DNA from: Octopus vulgaris
Lineage: Eukaryota
Length of the DNA stretch: 64,000 nucleotides
Reading direction: 5' to 3'
Assembly (NCBI GenBank): GCA_951406725.2
Contig: OX597823.1
Span: 116,932,001 to 116,996,000, forward strand
The notes under the pieces were generated by a model. The model did no database searches and was not told the DNA's origin. It saw only the letters and a program-made list of their open reading frames with translations. The stretch's first letter is position 1, and every line of letters begins with the position of its first letter. Both the position numbers and the translations under genes were made by a program. Below are positions 12,560 through 25,954 of this stretch, piece by piece.

Positions 12560-13596
12560 ATCAGGTCTCCCATAAGTTCTGTCCGAATTTTGAATAAAGA
12601 AAACAAGTGATCCAATGTTATATTTAATTGAAATTGAATCATCAATGTACTTTCCCTGATTATCTGTGACTTCCTTCCATCTATTTACAAGCTTTTTAAT
12701 CCCATCAATGTAAAACTCTTCTGGTTTCAAAGCGAAGAACTCTGAAAGGTCAGTTTCAACCTCTTCCTGGCTTGCGAGAGTTATGTTATCCCAAATGATT
12801 CTGTAAACTACAAAACAAATGCGAGTCAGGAGCAAGGTCAGGAGAATAAGGTGGATGAGGAATTTTTTCCCAACCAAGCTCTTCGATCTTCTGTGATGTG
12901 ATCTTTGCAGTGTAGAGTCATGCACTGTCCTGATGAAACATCACTCCTTTTCGATTCTCTAAAGCTGGTCTTTTTTTCTTCAAAGCTTGGTTCAAATGCT
13001 CTAATTGCTGACAATAGACTTGAGCATTGATTGTTGCATTAAGTGGTAACAATTCAGAGTGAATTACTCCTTTGCAATCCCACAATGTAGAAAGAAGAAT
13101 CTTTTTCCCATGAAGTTCCCTTCTCGGTTGTGGTTGAGCTTTTTCCCTTTTACTAAGCCACTGTTTACGATGTTTAACATTTCGATAGAAGATCCATTTT
13201 TCGTCACCAGTCACAAGTCTATCCAAAAAGGGTGAAATAGGTTTGCAAGAATGGCGAGAAGAGCAGATGTCAACTCAAGATTTGCCGTTGCTTTTGGACA
13301 ATTCATGAGGCACCCATTTTCCAAGTTTAGGAACCTGTCCAAGTTGTTGAAGATGACGATGAACAGTTGTATGGTTTGAACTAAGCTTTATTGCCAATTC
13401 TTCAACTGATAATGCAGGATTTTCTTCAAATAATGCCTCAAGGAGCTTATCATCAAACTCAAGTGGATGTCCTGTTTGATCTTCATCTTCAAGGCTGGAA
13501 TCTCCACTTCTGAATTTTGCAGACCATCTTCTGCAAGTTCTTTCATTCAAGCATTCTTTCCCATAAACTGAGTGTATGTTTTGAGTCACTTCAGCT
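12560..13596 (-). mobile_element. mariner transposon, 5'-truncated, with transposase pseudogene
   Basis: WVPHEL, LVTGDEKW, FHQDSA and HPPYSPDLAP motifs across ORFs 13275-13589, 12918-13226 and 12443-12925; TA-flanked end tcaggtctcccataagttctgtccga. Confidence 0.92.
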
Positions 13597-14960
13597 GGGG
13601 GTGTGTGATGTGTTCGCCTTCCTACTTACTAGAACTTAGGTCTTTGCTACATTGACTCTCAGGCCTTTTTATTCTAAACCTTGCTTCCACACCCGAAATT
13701 TCTTTTCTAGTTCTAGTAGTGATTCTGCTATGTGGGCCAGGTCATCAGCATAGAGGAGCTCTCAGGGATAACCCATCTTGAATTCCTCTGTTACTGCCTG
13801 GTGGATTTTAATGGATAAAAGGGGACTGAGTGCTGAGCCTTGGTGTACACCTACTTCTACCTGGAATTCTTCACTATACTCATTGCCAATCCTAACCTTA
13901 CTAACAGCCTCTCTGTATAGGTCCTGTACAGCCGTTATTAACCATTCGTCAATCCCCAGTTTCCGCATCACCCACCAGATAAGGAATCGAGGGACCCTGT
14001 TAAAGGCTTTCTCCAACTCCACAAAAGCTAAGTATAGGGGTTTATCTTTAGCTAGGTATTTCTCTTGCAGTTGTTGAACCAGGAATATGGAATCAGTGGT
14101 GCTTCTACCCAGCACAAAACTGAACTGCATCTCATCTAAGTAGACTTTCTCCCTAATGAGATGTGCTATGACCTTCTCCGTGACCTTCATTACCTGATCC
14201 AGCAGTTTGATACCCCTGTAATTGTTTCTATCTAGAGCATCACCTTTACCCTTTGTAGTTGACTATGGTGCTGCTACGCCAGTCATTGGATATGACTCCT
14301 TCATGAACTACCTGGTTTACAATGCTAGGCCATAGCCCACACCATCAGATATTTTAAGCATCTCAGCAGTGATTCTTGATGGACTGGGGGCTTTTCCTGG
14401 CTTCAAACCCTTAATTGCTTTATCTACTAGGGAGCTGTCTATTCGGATAGCTGGTCCCTCTACTGAGTCAACATTTGCAAGCTCTCTTCCTCCCATTCAT
14501 TCTCCACATTCAGCAGTCTTTTATAATGGCTTCTCCAAACCTCTTTCTTTTCTGAATCATTAAAAGTGAGTGCACCATCATCCATGTGGACACATTTCTC
14601 TCCTGTGACATCCATGTTACCTTGCCAGAAGATTTTATACCTATATGCCCTGCCTGTCAGGACCCTAGCTGAAGCTCCTCTCCATCTTACCTCTTGTATG
14701 CAGCATACATCAACATGTCTCCTTTCAAGCATCTCTACAATCTCACCAGACCTATCTTGCTGTGTGCCTACATTGACTGTGCCAACTCTGAAAACTGGGA
14801 AAGGAATGTGGGGTGAGTCTTAGGGAGGAGTGATGTTATTCAGTGCCTGAAAAGAAGAGGGAGGTTGTCGTGATCGTTATTTAGGCATGCTTCATCTGTT
14901 CTCACTTCCAACCTTATTATTTACATAATATCGAGGTCTCTTTCATTCTTTTGTTGCCTT
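13597..14960 (-). mobile_element. RTE-clade LINE with internal deletion and 3' truncation
   Basis: EN start VGTVNVG/CCIQEVRWRG; RT motifs DEMQFSFVLGRSTTD, AFVELEKAFNRVPR, VGVHQGSALSPLL and LLYADD (about 13742-13760). Confidence 0.9.
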
Positions 14961-15242
14961 ACCATTTTTATCAATATATATATACACACACACACAATAC
15001 AGAACAGAGAAGACAGTTCACAACATCATTTCCCCAGAGATTTCCTGAAGAAGGGGTCCTAATCCTAAAATTCTGAAGTACAAGTTAAAAGTACAAACCA
15101 TTGACTTGCATTATTTCTTATAACTTGCATTGCTTTGGCTTTAAGAAAAGACAAAAACATTTGTGTATATGTGTGTATGGAGGGTGTATGTGTGTGTGGA
15201 GGCTGTATATGTGTGTATGTATGTGTGTGTATATACGTGTAT

Positions 15243-15277
<35 letters not shown>

Positions 15278-15612
15278 TGACCCTTAGCTCTTATGAAAAG
15301 TAAATTGAATTAAGGGATAGTTGGATATTTCTAGAATGTCACAAAAGTGCTTTAAAAAGCCAAACTATTTGGGAGTTTTGTTTTTTCGTTAATTTTTTTT
15401 ATATATTATTATTTGTTTTTGTAAGAGAGAAGAGATTTGGTTTACACAAATATCTTGGACTGCTTCGAAAAAATATGTCTTTTTTTCATTTTTATACCAG
15501 ACTTACATTTTGTATTTTTGCTAACTTGTCTATATTTTGTTTCACTAAAACGGTAAAACAGCCAAGAAAACCAATGATAACATTACAACAACCAGTATAC
15601 ATATACATACAA

Positions 15613-15654
<42 letters not shown>

Positions 15655-15944
15655 CACACACACACACACTCACACACATACAAACACACAGAGAAAAAAT
15701 CTATCAACTCATTGCAGAGCATTCTCATTGTGATTGTTGTAGTTGTTATTCTTCTTCCTCTCGTCCTCTTCCTCCCCGTCCCCCTCCTCTCCCTCCTCAT
15801 TATTATTGTTGTTGTTTTTGTTGCTTATGTTATTGTCATTTGGACTCAATAGTTTGTACTGAGGCAGATGAAGGAACATCTTATTTTCGCTATTATTGTT
15901 ACCATCATCATCATCGTCATCACCATCGCCACCACTATACATAC

Positions 15945-16055
15945 ACACATATATGTATATATATATATATTGTATATATATGTATGTGTATATATGTATG
16001 TGTGTATATATATATATATTGTGTATATATGTATGTGTGTATATATATATGTATG

Positions 16056-16090
<35 letters not shown>

Positions 16091-16171
16091 GTATATATAT
16101 ATATGTATATATATATATGTATATATATATATGTATATATATATATGTATATATATATATGTATATATATG

Positions 16172-16202
<31 letters not shown>

Positions 16203-16209
16203 GTATATA

Positions 16210-16253
<44 letters not shown>

Positions 16254-16262
16254 ATATATACA
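15945..16262. repeat. (TA)n/(TATG)n microsatellite
   Basis: Direct reading. Confidence 0.95.
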
Positions 16263-17511
16263 TCCAACATGAAATTCAATATTTGTTATTCCCCAAATAT
16301 TCCCAAGAGCAGGGTCATTATCTGACCTAATTGTATTCTTATTTTGTATTGAGTGTATTCTTATATCATAATCTTAGATACTCTCTCTCGTTCCTAAAAT
16401 TTATTCCCCCCCCCCTTTTTTTTTCTTTCTGTTTTTCTTCTTTTGGTATTTTGGAGTAGTAACAGTCGTGATGGTTGAGCTTTGGTAATTAAAGAAATGG
16501 TTATTGGTTATTCCACTTTTGTCATATTTGCTGCTTTTTTAACTGCATTATTCATAATCGTTCAAGATTTTTTGGTACGCATAAATGTACATGAGGCACA
16601 CACTCATACACACACACACATCACACATACATACACACACACACACACATACATACATACATACATACATATGTCGCTATATACATACACACACATATAA
16701 TGTAAGTATGTATGCATATTCATGCTTGTTTTTATGTTCAGTTATAATAAAACCAATTTCACATTAATCAGATGGGTTACTCTATACTTCGAAGTCACTG
16801 TCAACAACATACTTGTTTAAAAATAACAAATATACTCACACACATAGTCACATATATACACATATACATACATATATACATATATGTGTGTGTGTGTGTA
16901 TTGTATGTATGTTGCTATGAATACTAAGAGTATCAGGAGTTTGTATTCGTGTTATATGTGTATATGAGAGATGAGTGTGTAAATAGACTGTCTGATGATA
17001 TGCATGTAAATAAATTATAGAGCCAGAGTTAGATGTGTATGCATGTACACGCTTGTGTGTGGTAGATGATAGAAAGTAGATCGTGGTGGCTATATACATA
17101 CACATATATATATATATATACATAACTATACACACAAACTTGTATATATGTTTGTGTGTATAGTTATGTATGTGTTAGGTTATAAAGAGTAGATTTCCCT
17201 CAGAATCACTGCACTTCCAAGGATTTCTATAATATCTGATATTCATCTATAAAAGGTTCTACCAAAGACACTCTGCATAATTTCGTGTTGTCATTTATTA
17301 TTATTATTATTATTATTATTCACATTGTTGTTGCTGTGGGGGTGAATAATCAATGTTGTTTCAACTTGAAAGGTTTCATCTCATCCTGTGTGTCTGTTGC
17401 TTTCTGACACCCCCAGGGACCCGGGCTTTGTTCAGAGAGATATATATATCCACTTACTGTGCATGTATGTGTGTGTGAATATATATGCATACTGAAACAC
17501 ACACAGAACAG

Positions 17512-17517
<6 letters not shown>

Positions 17518-17559
<42 letters not shown>

Positions 17560-17672
17560 GTATTGTATGTATATGTATATATTTATATATACATACATAC
17601 ATACATACATATATATATATATGTATATATATATATATTTATATATACATACATACATACATATATATATAC

Positions 17673-17711
<39 letters not shown>

Positions 17712-17722
17712 ATGTATGTATG
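17518..17722. repeat. (TA)n compound microsatellite
   Basis: Direct reading. Confidence 0.9.
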
Positions 17723-17820
17723 TGATACATTTTCAGGGGGTTTATATAAAGGAAATAACAGCAACATGAGATAAAATGAGGAGAAAACATTATACATCAC
17801 CAATTATGTGTGTGTATATG

Positions 17821-17852
<32 letters not shown>

Positions 17853-18100
17853 GTGCACATGCATGCATGCACAGACATGTATGTATTTTATGTGTACATA
17901 AAAACACACCACACACACACATGTAAAGCTGTCATTTGTGAAACTTCAAAGCAACAGTTGCTGTGCGTAATAGCAGATATAAACACACACTCACACACAC
18001 ACAGTAAAAAACACATGCACTATAGATATTATACACATCTAGAAGAGTCAGTCATTAATTATCCATTGACAGGAAAATTAGTTTCACCTGCATCACTCGG

Positions 18101-18217
18101 CAGAGTCTGCTTCTTGTCTCTATAGTGTGTATCTCTACAGACGGTCTGCCTCTTGTCTCTACAATGTCCATCTTTAGACAGGGTCTTCCACTTGTTTCCA
18201 CAGTGTGTATCACTAGA
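18101..18217. repeat. 39-bp minisatellite, 3 units
   Basis: Units approximate cagggtctgcctcttgtctctacagtgtgtatctctaga. Confidence 0.8.
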
Positions 18218-19288
18218 CATGCCTTATCTGTATTTTTGTCACTAGCCACGGTCTGTCTACATCAAGTCACAGCAGGTAGATTTGAACATGAGACATCAGA
18301 TGTCATTGTTACTAACCATGAACACTCCACTTAGTGCTTCCTCCAGAGAAGCACAGCATTTATTTCCGTGATTCATTTCATGTGGGCTAAAAATTGATCA
18401 TGAGATGAAATCCATTGAACTCTTTCAGTAGGACATGGGCAATATTTGACTAAATTAATGTTGATGCTGTCGTTTCTTGGTCAGTTGTTATTCTAAGACA
18501 ATGACATCTGCCAAGCCTGTAAAGTATTTAGTGAATAGGGACATGTAGAATTAAATTTACTGCCCATATAGTCGACAATATATTTGCAGTGAACTTTAAA
18601 TGAAACCAGAAAGCGGTATATAGACAAGTGAAAGGGGATGTTGGACCACTTGAGTTCATATCCACCTCAGTATTCCACTAAGTAAATACTTAGAGCAACA
18701 CATTAGACTATTTATACAGGTTTTGGTTCTCTTCACAGACAGGAACAATATAAGACAATCTGTGAAATTTGTTAGAATTTGACTGTGTTCTAGAGAGAAG
18801 AATATTTTTTATTTTCAGCTTCACTACCTCAAACTAGAGCCAAATGTTAACCCTGAAGTGTTTTTGATGGCCTAGATGATACTTACATTTAACTACTATC
18901 ATATCTAATTCAGTTTTATGTTCTGGCAAAACACACAGCCCATTAATTCTTGGAATATATCATTCTAGCAGAATACAAATGCTTATGGGCTATTAAATGT
19001 TCACCCCTTGTCGTTAATATTGAGTGGAAGTACTGACTAAACAGTCTGTTCACTCCATGTAGACAATACAGTGTGGAACCATTGACCAAACAATCTGTTC
19101 ATGTAGATGGTGCCACCTTAATGCAGGTATCCCCCAAACATTGCCTGGAAGGTTTACAGCTCTGGAGTCCCATTTATAATCTATGCATACTGTAGTTTTG
19201 TTTACAGAGACCCCCACTTCTTTGCTTTGCTGGGAGACCTATAAACTATCAGGACAACTCTATATATAGGTGATTAGGTGCGCAACTA

Positions 19289-19799
19289 CCGTAAATCCTC
19301 CAGTATAGTCCACCCATGAGTATAATACGCAGGGGATTTTTAGGGGGCTGTACTTCTGAAAAACCTAAACCTTGTGTATAATACGCACCCCTTCTATAAC
19401 TTGAATCAAGGATGTCTATATAACGTCCTTGGTTTGTAAAAATGTATACGGTAACATCCTTTATTATTATTGTATATATAACATTATGCAAACGTGTAGC
19501 ATTTTTGTGCATTTTGTTTGCAGAAAATAAAGAAATAACAGTAATAACGTTTAATAAATGTTGTTTACTGCAAGTTATAGATGATTATTTTATGACTTCA
19601 TTGCTTTCAGGCTTAGCTTAAGGTATTTTCGTGCCCGACATCACAAAATGCATCTGAATAAACATTGCCGGACAGCAAATAGAGACTTGGACATTACTTA
19701 GAAAATATTTTTCATTTTTAACCTCGTATATAATACGCACTAGGGATTTTGAGCTTTAAATTTTGGGGAAAAAATGCAGATTAACTCGAGGATTTATGG
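19289..19799. mobile_element. pogo/Tigger-type non-autonomous DNA transposon
   Basis: TA-ccgtaaatcctccagtata ... taactcgaggatttatgg-TA terminal inverted repeats with TA duplication. Confidence 0.75.
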
Positions 19800-20369
19800 T
19801 ACTTACTGGACACTGAAAGTCACCAGACACTCTCTACAATGAATATGAAACTAAATTGTTATCCTTTGAAGCTATCAATAATCCTTCCTTTGGGAGACAC
19901 AAGACTCTTCATATCAAAGTAGTGTACCATAGATTAAATTCAACCCACTATGTAACTGGTACTTAATTTAACTGTATGATCCTGTAAGTTAGCTTCTATT
20001 TAGTCACTCACCCTGCTAGAAGTAGCAGCTAAATTTCCCTCAATTTACATCCTACTATGTTTGAAATGAACAACACATTTGATAATATTATCCCAAGTGC
20101 AGGATGGTTATATCTGGGATGCCTTTGATCCAGAATCTATTCCATCAGAATTAATTTGATAAAGATGAAAGTTAGTACCAGTGAGATTTGAACCCGGAAT
20201 ACTAACGACTGTAATTTGATACTAAAAAACACAGTAACACTTCTATTTACTGATATTACAAAGTGCTTATCACAAATGTTAATTTGAATATGAATTATAA
20301 CATGTAATCAATGTTTCTTGCTCTAACGACATTTTTATCTGGCATTTCCTGATAATTGTCTGCAAACCG

Positions 20370-20534
20370 GGCACAGGAGTGGCTATGTGGTAAGTAGCTT
20401 GCCTCCCAACCATGTGGTTCTGGGTTCAGTCCCACTGTGTGGCACCTTGGCAAGTGTCTTCTACTATAGCTTCGGGCTGACCAAAGCCTTGTGAGTGGAT
20501 TTGGTAGATGGAAACTGAAAGAAGCCCGTCATAC

Positions 20535-20571
<37 letters not shown>

Positions 20572-20797
20572 GATATGTGTGTGTGTGTATGTTTGTCCCC
20601 CACCATTGCTTGACAATCAGTGCTGGTTTGTTTACATCCCCTTAACTTAGCGGTTCAGCAAAAGAAACCGATAGAGTAAGTAGTAGGCTTACAAAAAATA
20701 AGTCCTAGGGTTAATTTGTTCGACTAAAGGCGGTGCTCCAGCATGGCCACAGTCAGATGACAAAGAGATGAGAAAAATAAAAGAATAAATAAATAAA
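20370..20797 (+). mobile_element. SINE family A copy
   Basis: Full head, microsatellite and tail homology to 481-874. Confidence 0.88.
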
Positions 20798-20872
20798 CCA
20801 TTCTTCACTAAGTTTATAGGAATGCCTACATTACAACATGTAGCACTCTTTAGCTCTAGTAATGATGGCATT

Positions 20873-21185
20873 TATTTATTTATGCACCCTTTTCAAGCTT
20901 AGCCAGGCTCATGGGCCTGGTTTCCTGGTTTCTATGGCGTATGTGTTCCCCCCAGCTGGACAGGATGCCAGTCCATCGCAGCGTTACTCAAGAAACACGA
21001 AGAAAGAGTGAGAGAAAGTTGGGGCGAAAGAGTACAACAGGGGTCACCACCACCCCCTGCCAGAGCTTCATGGAGTTTTAGGTGTTTACGCTCAATAAAC
21101 ACACACAACACCCGGTCTGGGAAATGAAACCACGATCCTCCGACTGCAAGTCCACTGCCTAAACCACTGGGCCATTGCATTTCCA
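20873..21185 (-). mobile_element. tRNA-derived SINE family D (V-domain-like core)
   Basis: Minus strand gcaatggcccagtggtttagg head and gcgatggactggcatcctgtccag core; homologues at 40911 and 63613. Confidence 0.8.
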
Positions 21186-21622
21186 TATTGCATATAATCA
21201 CTAAAGTAACAGATATATGTGCATATGTGTGCTTCTAGGCCAGTGCATGTGTGTGTTTGATTGTGTGTGCACATATCAATGTATGTATGTCTATGTGCAT
21301 GCACATGTGTGTATATGTATGTGTGTATGCATTTATGTGTGTGTGCAGTAGTGCAATCCAATATATTTATACTGATACATTGATATATCGTCAATTACTT
21401 AAAATAAGAAATGTCTCATGACTAATTTTTTTCAAAAAGACTAACAAGAAATAAACACAAATTACAGAGAAAAAGAGAGAGAGAGAGAGACAGGGTGAAA
21501 GATATAGATAAATGGTGGGGGGGGAGATGACGGGAGAGATAGAAAGAGAGAGAAGGGGGGAAGTTTGACAAACAAAGCAAGTGTCAGTGAGAGATGGAAA
21601 GGAGAGAGAGAGAGATGGAAAG

Positions 21623-21662
<40 letters not shown>

Positions 21663-22159
21663 CTAAAGAGGTGAGATTAGTTGAGATATATTTGAAAGAT
21701 AAAAGATAGAGCTATTACTGCTGCTGCCACCACTACTACAAATACTATTGCTACCACCCTCATCACTGCCTTTGTCACCACCACCACCACCACCACCACC
21801 ACAACCACTGCTACTAATGTTGCTATTGCTACGACAACAAATAAGCCAGCAAGAAAGCTTCTACAGTGTTACTCAATCTGTTAGAAACAGTAGTCCTGTC
21901 TCCCTCAAAATCATGCGAAGGCATTGAATATTGTGTTCTTGGCTTCACTGCATACATGGAGAAGATGGAATGGCCATAGCTGGAATGTCTTTTGGTAGTT
22001 GGTTTACAGGATCAGGTTTGACCTGGGGCTAAACAACACCAGCAACAAATAAAGTCACAATTAATTCTAACTTACACAAAAGTAAACTTGGCTTTAATGA
22101 CCCTAGAGGTGCGAATAGTAAGGCTGGCCTCGTTCTAATGATTCTGTCAATTCACCACT

Positions 22160-22166
22160 ATTTCCT

Positions 22167-22197
<31 letters not shown>

Positions 22198-22400
22198 GTA
22201 ACTTGATGCCTGATTTCCATACAGGCATAGGTTGAATAGTTTGACAGGAGCAGGCAAGCTGAAGAGCTGCACCTGGTTCCATTTGTGTGGTTTGGCATGG
22301 TTTCTGCTGCTGGATGCACTTCCCAATACCACCTGCTTTACAGAATGTATTTACAGGCTGCTTTTCACATGGTACCAGCACAGGTGCTTTTTACATGGCT
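22160..22400 (-). mobile_element. Degraded RTE-tail repeat
   Basis: (cat)n followed by a diverged tttccatacaggcataggttg...gctggatgcacttcccaatacc. Confidence 0.55.
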
Positions 22401-22419
22401 CTGGATCAGGTGCTAATTC

Positions 22420-22732
22420 TTTCTGATTTTGGTACAAGGCCTGAAATTTTGAGGAAATGGAGTAGTTGATATCATCAACCCCAGTGCATGACCATACCAA
22501 AAGGATAAAAGGCAAAGCTGAACTCAGACTGTAAGACCAGAAGAAATGTTGTTAAGCAATTTGTTTGGCATGCTAACAGTTGAGGGGTAATCAATTAAAT
22601 CAACCTAGTCTTTTTAATGACCCGGGAGGGATAAAAAGGTTAAGTTGACCCCAGCAGGATTTGAATGTAGATTATAAAAACAAATACTGCAAGGCATTTT
22701 TACCAACAGTTCAATAATTCTGCCAGCTCACT
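22420..22732 (-). mobile_element. Degraded SINE family C copies
   Basis: aaaggataaaaggcaaag and ctgccagctcac motifs. Confidence 0.6.
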
Positions 22733-22775
22733 AATAATAATAATAATAATTATAATAATGATAACAATAATAATA

Positions 22776-22940
22776 GGTGTAGGAGTGGCCGTGTGGTAAG
22801 TAGCTTGCTTACCTACCACATGGATCTGGGTTTAGTCCTACTGTGTGGCACCTTGGGCAAGTGTCTTCTACTATAGCCTAGGTCTGACCAAAGCCTTGTG
22901 AGTGGCTTTGGTAGATGGAAACTGAAAGAAGCCCGTCATA

Positions 22941-22978
<38 letters not shown>

Positions 22979-23195
22979 GGTGTATATGTTTGTGTGTCTG
23001 CGTTTGTCCCCACAACATCACTTGACAACCGATGCTGGTGTGCTTACATCCTTGTAACTTAGCAGTTTGGCAAAAGAGACTGATTGAATAAGTAGTAGGC
23101 TTACAAAGTACAAGTCCTGGGGGCGATTTGCTCAACTAAAGGTGATGCTCCAGCATGGCCACAGTCAAATGACTGAAACAACTAAAAGAGTAAGA
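22776..23195 (+). mobile_element. SINE family A copy
   Basis: Homology to 481-874. Confidence 0.88.
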
Positions 23196-23201
23196 ATAAT
23201 G

Positions 23202-23575
23202 ATTTCATTTATTTGCCACAAGGGCGAAAGATGAGGGGGACAATACAAAGACATACGTAGAGTGGGGTGGGGTTACATATATGAAAGGATAAAAAAGAAA
23301 GAAAGAAAGTATACACAGAATACATTGAAAAAGAGGAGATTATATGCATTGCATATAAAGGTGAAAAAAGAATTCTTTGAAAGGTGGCGGAGAGGATGAT
23401 CAAGATATAGCCCCCCCCCCTGGTACTTGATGACCTCTGTCCAAGGTTTCCCTGAAATCCCAAGAACAAGTGCCCTCTCCAATTTACAGGTCTAGACTGA
23501 GAGAGGTACCATCCACTCTTGCGTTTTCACTACTTTCACCCGCCTTTCAATAAACTCAGTTGAGGACAGCACAAC
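23202..23575 (-). mobile_element. LINE 3' end (probably Tx1/L1-like) whose tail matches SINE family C tail 2
   Basis: Minus strand VLSSTEFIERRVKV ORF-end-like segment, then a UTR ending tgtccccctcatctttcgcccttgtggcaaataaatgaaat; the clade is inferred. Confidence 0.5.
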
Positions 23576-23771
23576 TGTAATATGGTAAATATAAATAGAA
23601 TGGTTAAAAAAAAACCAAAAAGCCTAATAAGGATAAAACCAGGCAGACATAATCACAGAACTAAATGTAATGCAAGAAGAACTGAAATGTGATGTTTAAA
23701 ATGCTGACAGAAGTTACAAGAAAAAGTAGCAATTTGTCTCCTATTTTGTTGATATATATATATATATATAT

Positions 23772-24151
23772 GCTTGAGGAGACCTATTGAGTCAAATACA
23801 TCAACATCAAAATATCAAATGGAAATTGTAGTTGTGATACCTGTGCCGGTGGCATGTAAAAAGCACCATCCGAACGTGGCCGATGCCAGCGCTGCCTTGA
23901 CAGGCTTTCTATGCCAGTGGCACGTAAAAAGCACCAACTGATCATGGTCGTTGTCAGCCTCCCCTGGCACGTAAAAAGCACCCACTACGCTCACGGAGTG
24001 GTTGGTGTTACGAAGGGCATCCAGCTGTAGAAACACTGCCAGATCAGACTGGAGCCTGGTGCAGCCTCCTGGGATCCCAGACTCTGGTCAAACCGTCCAA
24101 CCCATGTTAGCATGGAAAACGAACGTTAAACGAGGATGATAATGATGATGA
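23772..24151 (+). mobile_element. RTE 3' UTR fragment inserted in (TA)n
   Basis: Repeated gtggcacgtaaaaagcacc units, aagggcatccagctgtagaaa and a (gat)n tail. Confidence 0.85.
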
Positions 24152-24863
24152 TTATATATATACATACACACATACATATATACATACATTCAAACACACA
24201 CACACATATATACATAGTTCAGTGGAATTAACCATATTTTAAAGAGACTAGTCATCTACTCTATGTAGTTGTAGTGGTCATGGTAATTTGGTAATGGTGG
24301 TGGTGGTGGTTACAAGAGATAAAATTAGAGAAAGAGAGGTATAGTAGAAAACCTGAAAACAGTTGGCATTCAAATATTGAGCAGCTAAAATCCAGAAATA
24401 ATCCAAAGTGGAAAGTGGAATGAAGAATGAGTCAATGGTGATCTGTTCATCATTATTTCATATCATGACTAGAGACAGTTGGGATGGCTTACTCAAGTCA
24501 GAAATTCACACATATTAGCATAATCATGTGTGTGTGTGTGTGTATGCATGCATCTATACATGCATATATATATGTGTGTGTGTGTGTGTATGTAAATATG
24601 TATGTATATATGTATGCATGTATACATATGTATATGCATGTATATATATGTATGTCTGTATATATGTGTATGAGTGTGTGTGTGTGTGTATGCACACACA
24701 CACACATATATATATACAGATGTGAGTGTATTTATATTTTTTTAATATATTATTGTCTTCACCATCATAACATTCTATCACACATAAATGCATGCATGTG
24801 TCTATGTATGTATGTATGTATATATGTATGTATGTATAAATATATATAACATTTATATAACAT

Positions 24864-24927
<64 letters not shown>

Positions 24928-25135
24928 TTATATACAGTCATGAAAAGATAAGAATTCAGCTATTTTGGAAATTGCACATTTCCAAAAAGAGAGTTGAAAT
25001 CTATATCCTCTTACTGCTCTCTTCATAGCTGCATAGAGTGAGGCAGGGAAAGGAGGTAAGTTAAGCCACCCCTGGGAAGTATATAGCCCCAACCCGCCTA
25101 CCTTAACATTTCTATCTACAATGTACTGAATAATA

Positions 25136-25897
25136 TTGAGGGAACCTGTGGAAGAGGCAGACCCAGGAAAACCTGGGACGAGGTGGTGAAGCACGACCTT
25201 CGAACTTTAGGTCTCACTGAGGAAATGACTAGAGACCGAGACCTCTGGAAGTGTGCTGTGCGCGAGAAGACCCGGCAGGACAAGTGAGTCCACAACCCGT
25301 GGCCTTCTACATGGGATGGAGCCAGCCTACGTATGCATACCTTCCCTTCTTGGGACACAAAACTCTACTTGTGAAGACGTGTTGAGGCAAGTGAGGATCA
25401 GAATCGAAATCGATCAATGGAAATTGCGGATGTGCTACCAGTGCCGGTGGCATGTCGAAACTCTGCTTGTGAAGACCCATTGAGGCAAGTGAGGATCAGA
25501 ATCGAAATCGATCAATGGAAATCGATCAATGGAAATTGCAGATGTGTTACCAGTGCCGGTGGCATGTAAGAGAACTTTCCGTTTCGCGACCATTGCCAGC
25601 ACCGCCCCGTTTCGTGTCCATTGCCAGCCTCGCCTGGCCCTCGTGCCGGTGGCACATAAAAAGCACCATCCGTTCATGGCCGTTTGCCAGCTCTGTCTGG
25701 CACCAGTGCGGGTGGCACGTAAAAAGCACCCACTACACTCACGGAGTGGTTGGCGTTAGGAAGGGCATCCAGCCGTAGAAACACTGCCAGATTTGACTGG
25801 GCCTGATGAAGCCTTCTGGCTTCACAGACCCCAGTAGAACTGTCCAACCCATGCTAGCATGGAAAACGGACGCTAAATGATGATGATGATGATGATG
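25136..25897 (+). mobile_element. 5'-truncated RTE LINE (ORF end plus 3' UTR)
   Basis: EGTCGRGRPRKTWDEVVKHDLRTLGLTEEMTRDRDLWK...* to 25288; (gat)n tail; possible target-site duplication tgaata(a)tatt. Confidence 0.9.
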
Positions 25898-25954
25898 AAT
25901 ATATTAAAACATAATTACATTTGTCCTAGCCACCTTCCTCTCAGATTAATCGAT

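Noticed and set aside
15041-15082. CTGAAGA-agggg...tcct-AAAA
   Set aside because: GAAA absent and stems I and III unconvincing
20370-20445. tRNA-like heads of SINE families
   Set aside because: No complete cloverleaf, and they continue into SINE bodies; not tRNA genes
25803-25830. CTGATGAagcc...ggcttca in the RTE UTR (also 55791)
   Set aside because: Simple hairpin with no adjacent GAAA; the motif is not conserved in other subfamily copies
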